Source: a bacterium
GTDB lineage: Bacteria; SM23-31
Length of the DNA stretch: 64,000 nt
Assembly (NCBI GenBank): GCA_965249485.1
Contig: OZ252239.1
Span: 2,400,001 to 2,464,000 of the forward strand
Reading direction: 5' to 3'
Below are positions 63,141-64,000 of this stretch, one piece after another; position 1 is the first letter of the stretch, and each line of letters starts with the position of its first letter. The notes beneath the pieces are model-generated. The model was given only the letters and a program-made list of their open reading frames with translations, was not told the origin of the DNA and searched no databases. The position numbers were made by a program, and so were the translations under genes.

Positions 63141-64000
63141 ATGTTTTGTCCGAAATATCATGTGTTGTTTATTTTTGTAGCTTCAATACTATTTTTTATA
63201 AATTCTGCTAACGGTCAACCAAATAGTATGCTAATTGAGGGCACTGTAAAAGATGAAATTGGTGTTCCATTGCAATATGCTAACATTTTCATTGAAGGGA
63301 CTTTAATAGGAGGGACAACGGGTGATAATGGCAAATTTTCTTTCAATGTATACAATCCTGGAAAATATACAATTGTCGCAACATATGTTGGCTATATGGA
63401 ATTTAGAAAAGAGATTGATCTTAACACACATGATTCCTTCCAATTTAATATAATATTGCGTGCAAAAGAGAATGAATTGCAACCAATTATAGTCACTGCC
63501 AGCAATTATACAAGTGGTGATGAAAAAGGAGTAACGCTTTCAGCATTAGATGTTGTTAAAACTCCGGGAGCAGCGGCTGATATTATGATGGCAATTCAAA
63601 CATATCCCGGAGTACAACAAGTTGATGAAGGTGCTGGATTATTCGTACGCGGTGGTGATGTGTCGGAAACTGCGGTAATTGTGGATGGTGCCTATTTGTT
63701 ACAACCATATCGTTTTGAGTCACCGAACGGAGGCTTTTTTGGTCAAATGACTCCATTTCTACTCAAGAGTACTTATTTTTCAAGTGGCGGATTTGGGGTG
63801 GAATATGGTAATTCTCTTTCAGGTGCTTTGGTCATGGAAACTCATGACTTGCCACAAAACAGACAGTTTGATGTAGGTATTGGGTTGGCAGCATACTCTT
63901 CAAGAATGAAAATGCCTTTAATTGAAAATAAATTGGGGATTTCATTTTCAACTAATTTAACAAATACTGATTTGATGTTTAAATTAAACAATCATAAAAA
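63141..64000 (+). CDS. TonB-dependent receptor (CarboxypepD_reg-like + plug), 3'-partial
   Basis: GTVKDE.G.PL.YANI...YVGY...VRGG...VDG...SSGGFGVEYGN.LSG; open to the window end and absent from the ORF track. Confidence 0.88.
   Translation, partial: MFCPKYHVLFIFVASILFFINSANGQPNSMLIEGTVKDEIGVPLQYANIFIEGTLIGGTTGDNGKFSFNVYNPGKYTIVATYVGYMEFRKEIDLNTHDSFQFNIILRAKENELQPIIVTASNYTSGDEKGVTLSALDVVKTPGAAADIMMAIQTYPGVQQVDEGAGLFVRGGDVSETAVIVDGAYLLQPYRFESPNGGFFGQMTPFLLKSTYFSSGGFGVEYGNSLSGALVMETHDLPQNRQFDVGIGLAAYSSRMKMPLIENKLGISFSTNLTNTDLMFKLNNHK

Overview
Bacterial DNA. A FlgD/T9SS-type-A-like C-terminal sorting tail suggests an FCB-group lineage (KSB1/Marinimicrobia/Latescibacteria-like); this is inference. 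(1) 0.5-7 kb is a candidate self-contained protein-sorting locus: a short exosortase/archaeosortase-family gene (Cys-Arg-His) overlaps a membrane partner gene, and both diverge from an operon encoding a ~1,600-aa beta-propeller surface protein (split by one in-frame TGA) and a 66-aa signal-peptide + 'PIPW'-CTERM micro-substrate. (2) 7-52 kb holds mostly exported catabolic enzymes. It includes a local expansion of six M24-fold paralogs (five with substituted metal ligands) plus one relic, three DUF885-like proteins, two zincin-like proteins and two DUF5916 proteins. Duplicated promoters, a three-copy intergenic element and a shared signal-peptide cassette accompany the expansion. An AT-rich block with a two-component system and three PAP2 genes is embedded. 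(3) 52-60 kb is an AT-rich, decaying integration/defence hotspot with two integrase tails, HEPN-like and Mrr-like genes, an AbiJ-like relic and a tRNA-Leu(CAG) 3' fragment flanked by arm-type repeats. (4) Regulators and a partial TonB-dependent receptor close the window. No rRNA, intact tRNA, CRISPR array or reverse transcriptase was seen. Family assignments come from motif recognition only; no database search was run.
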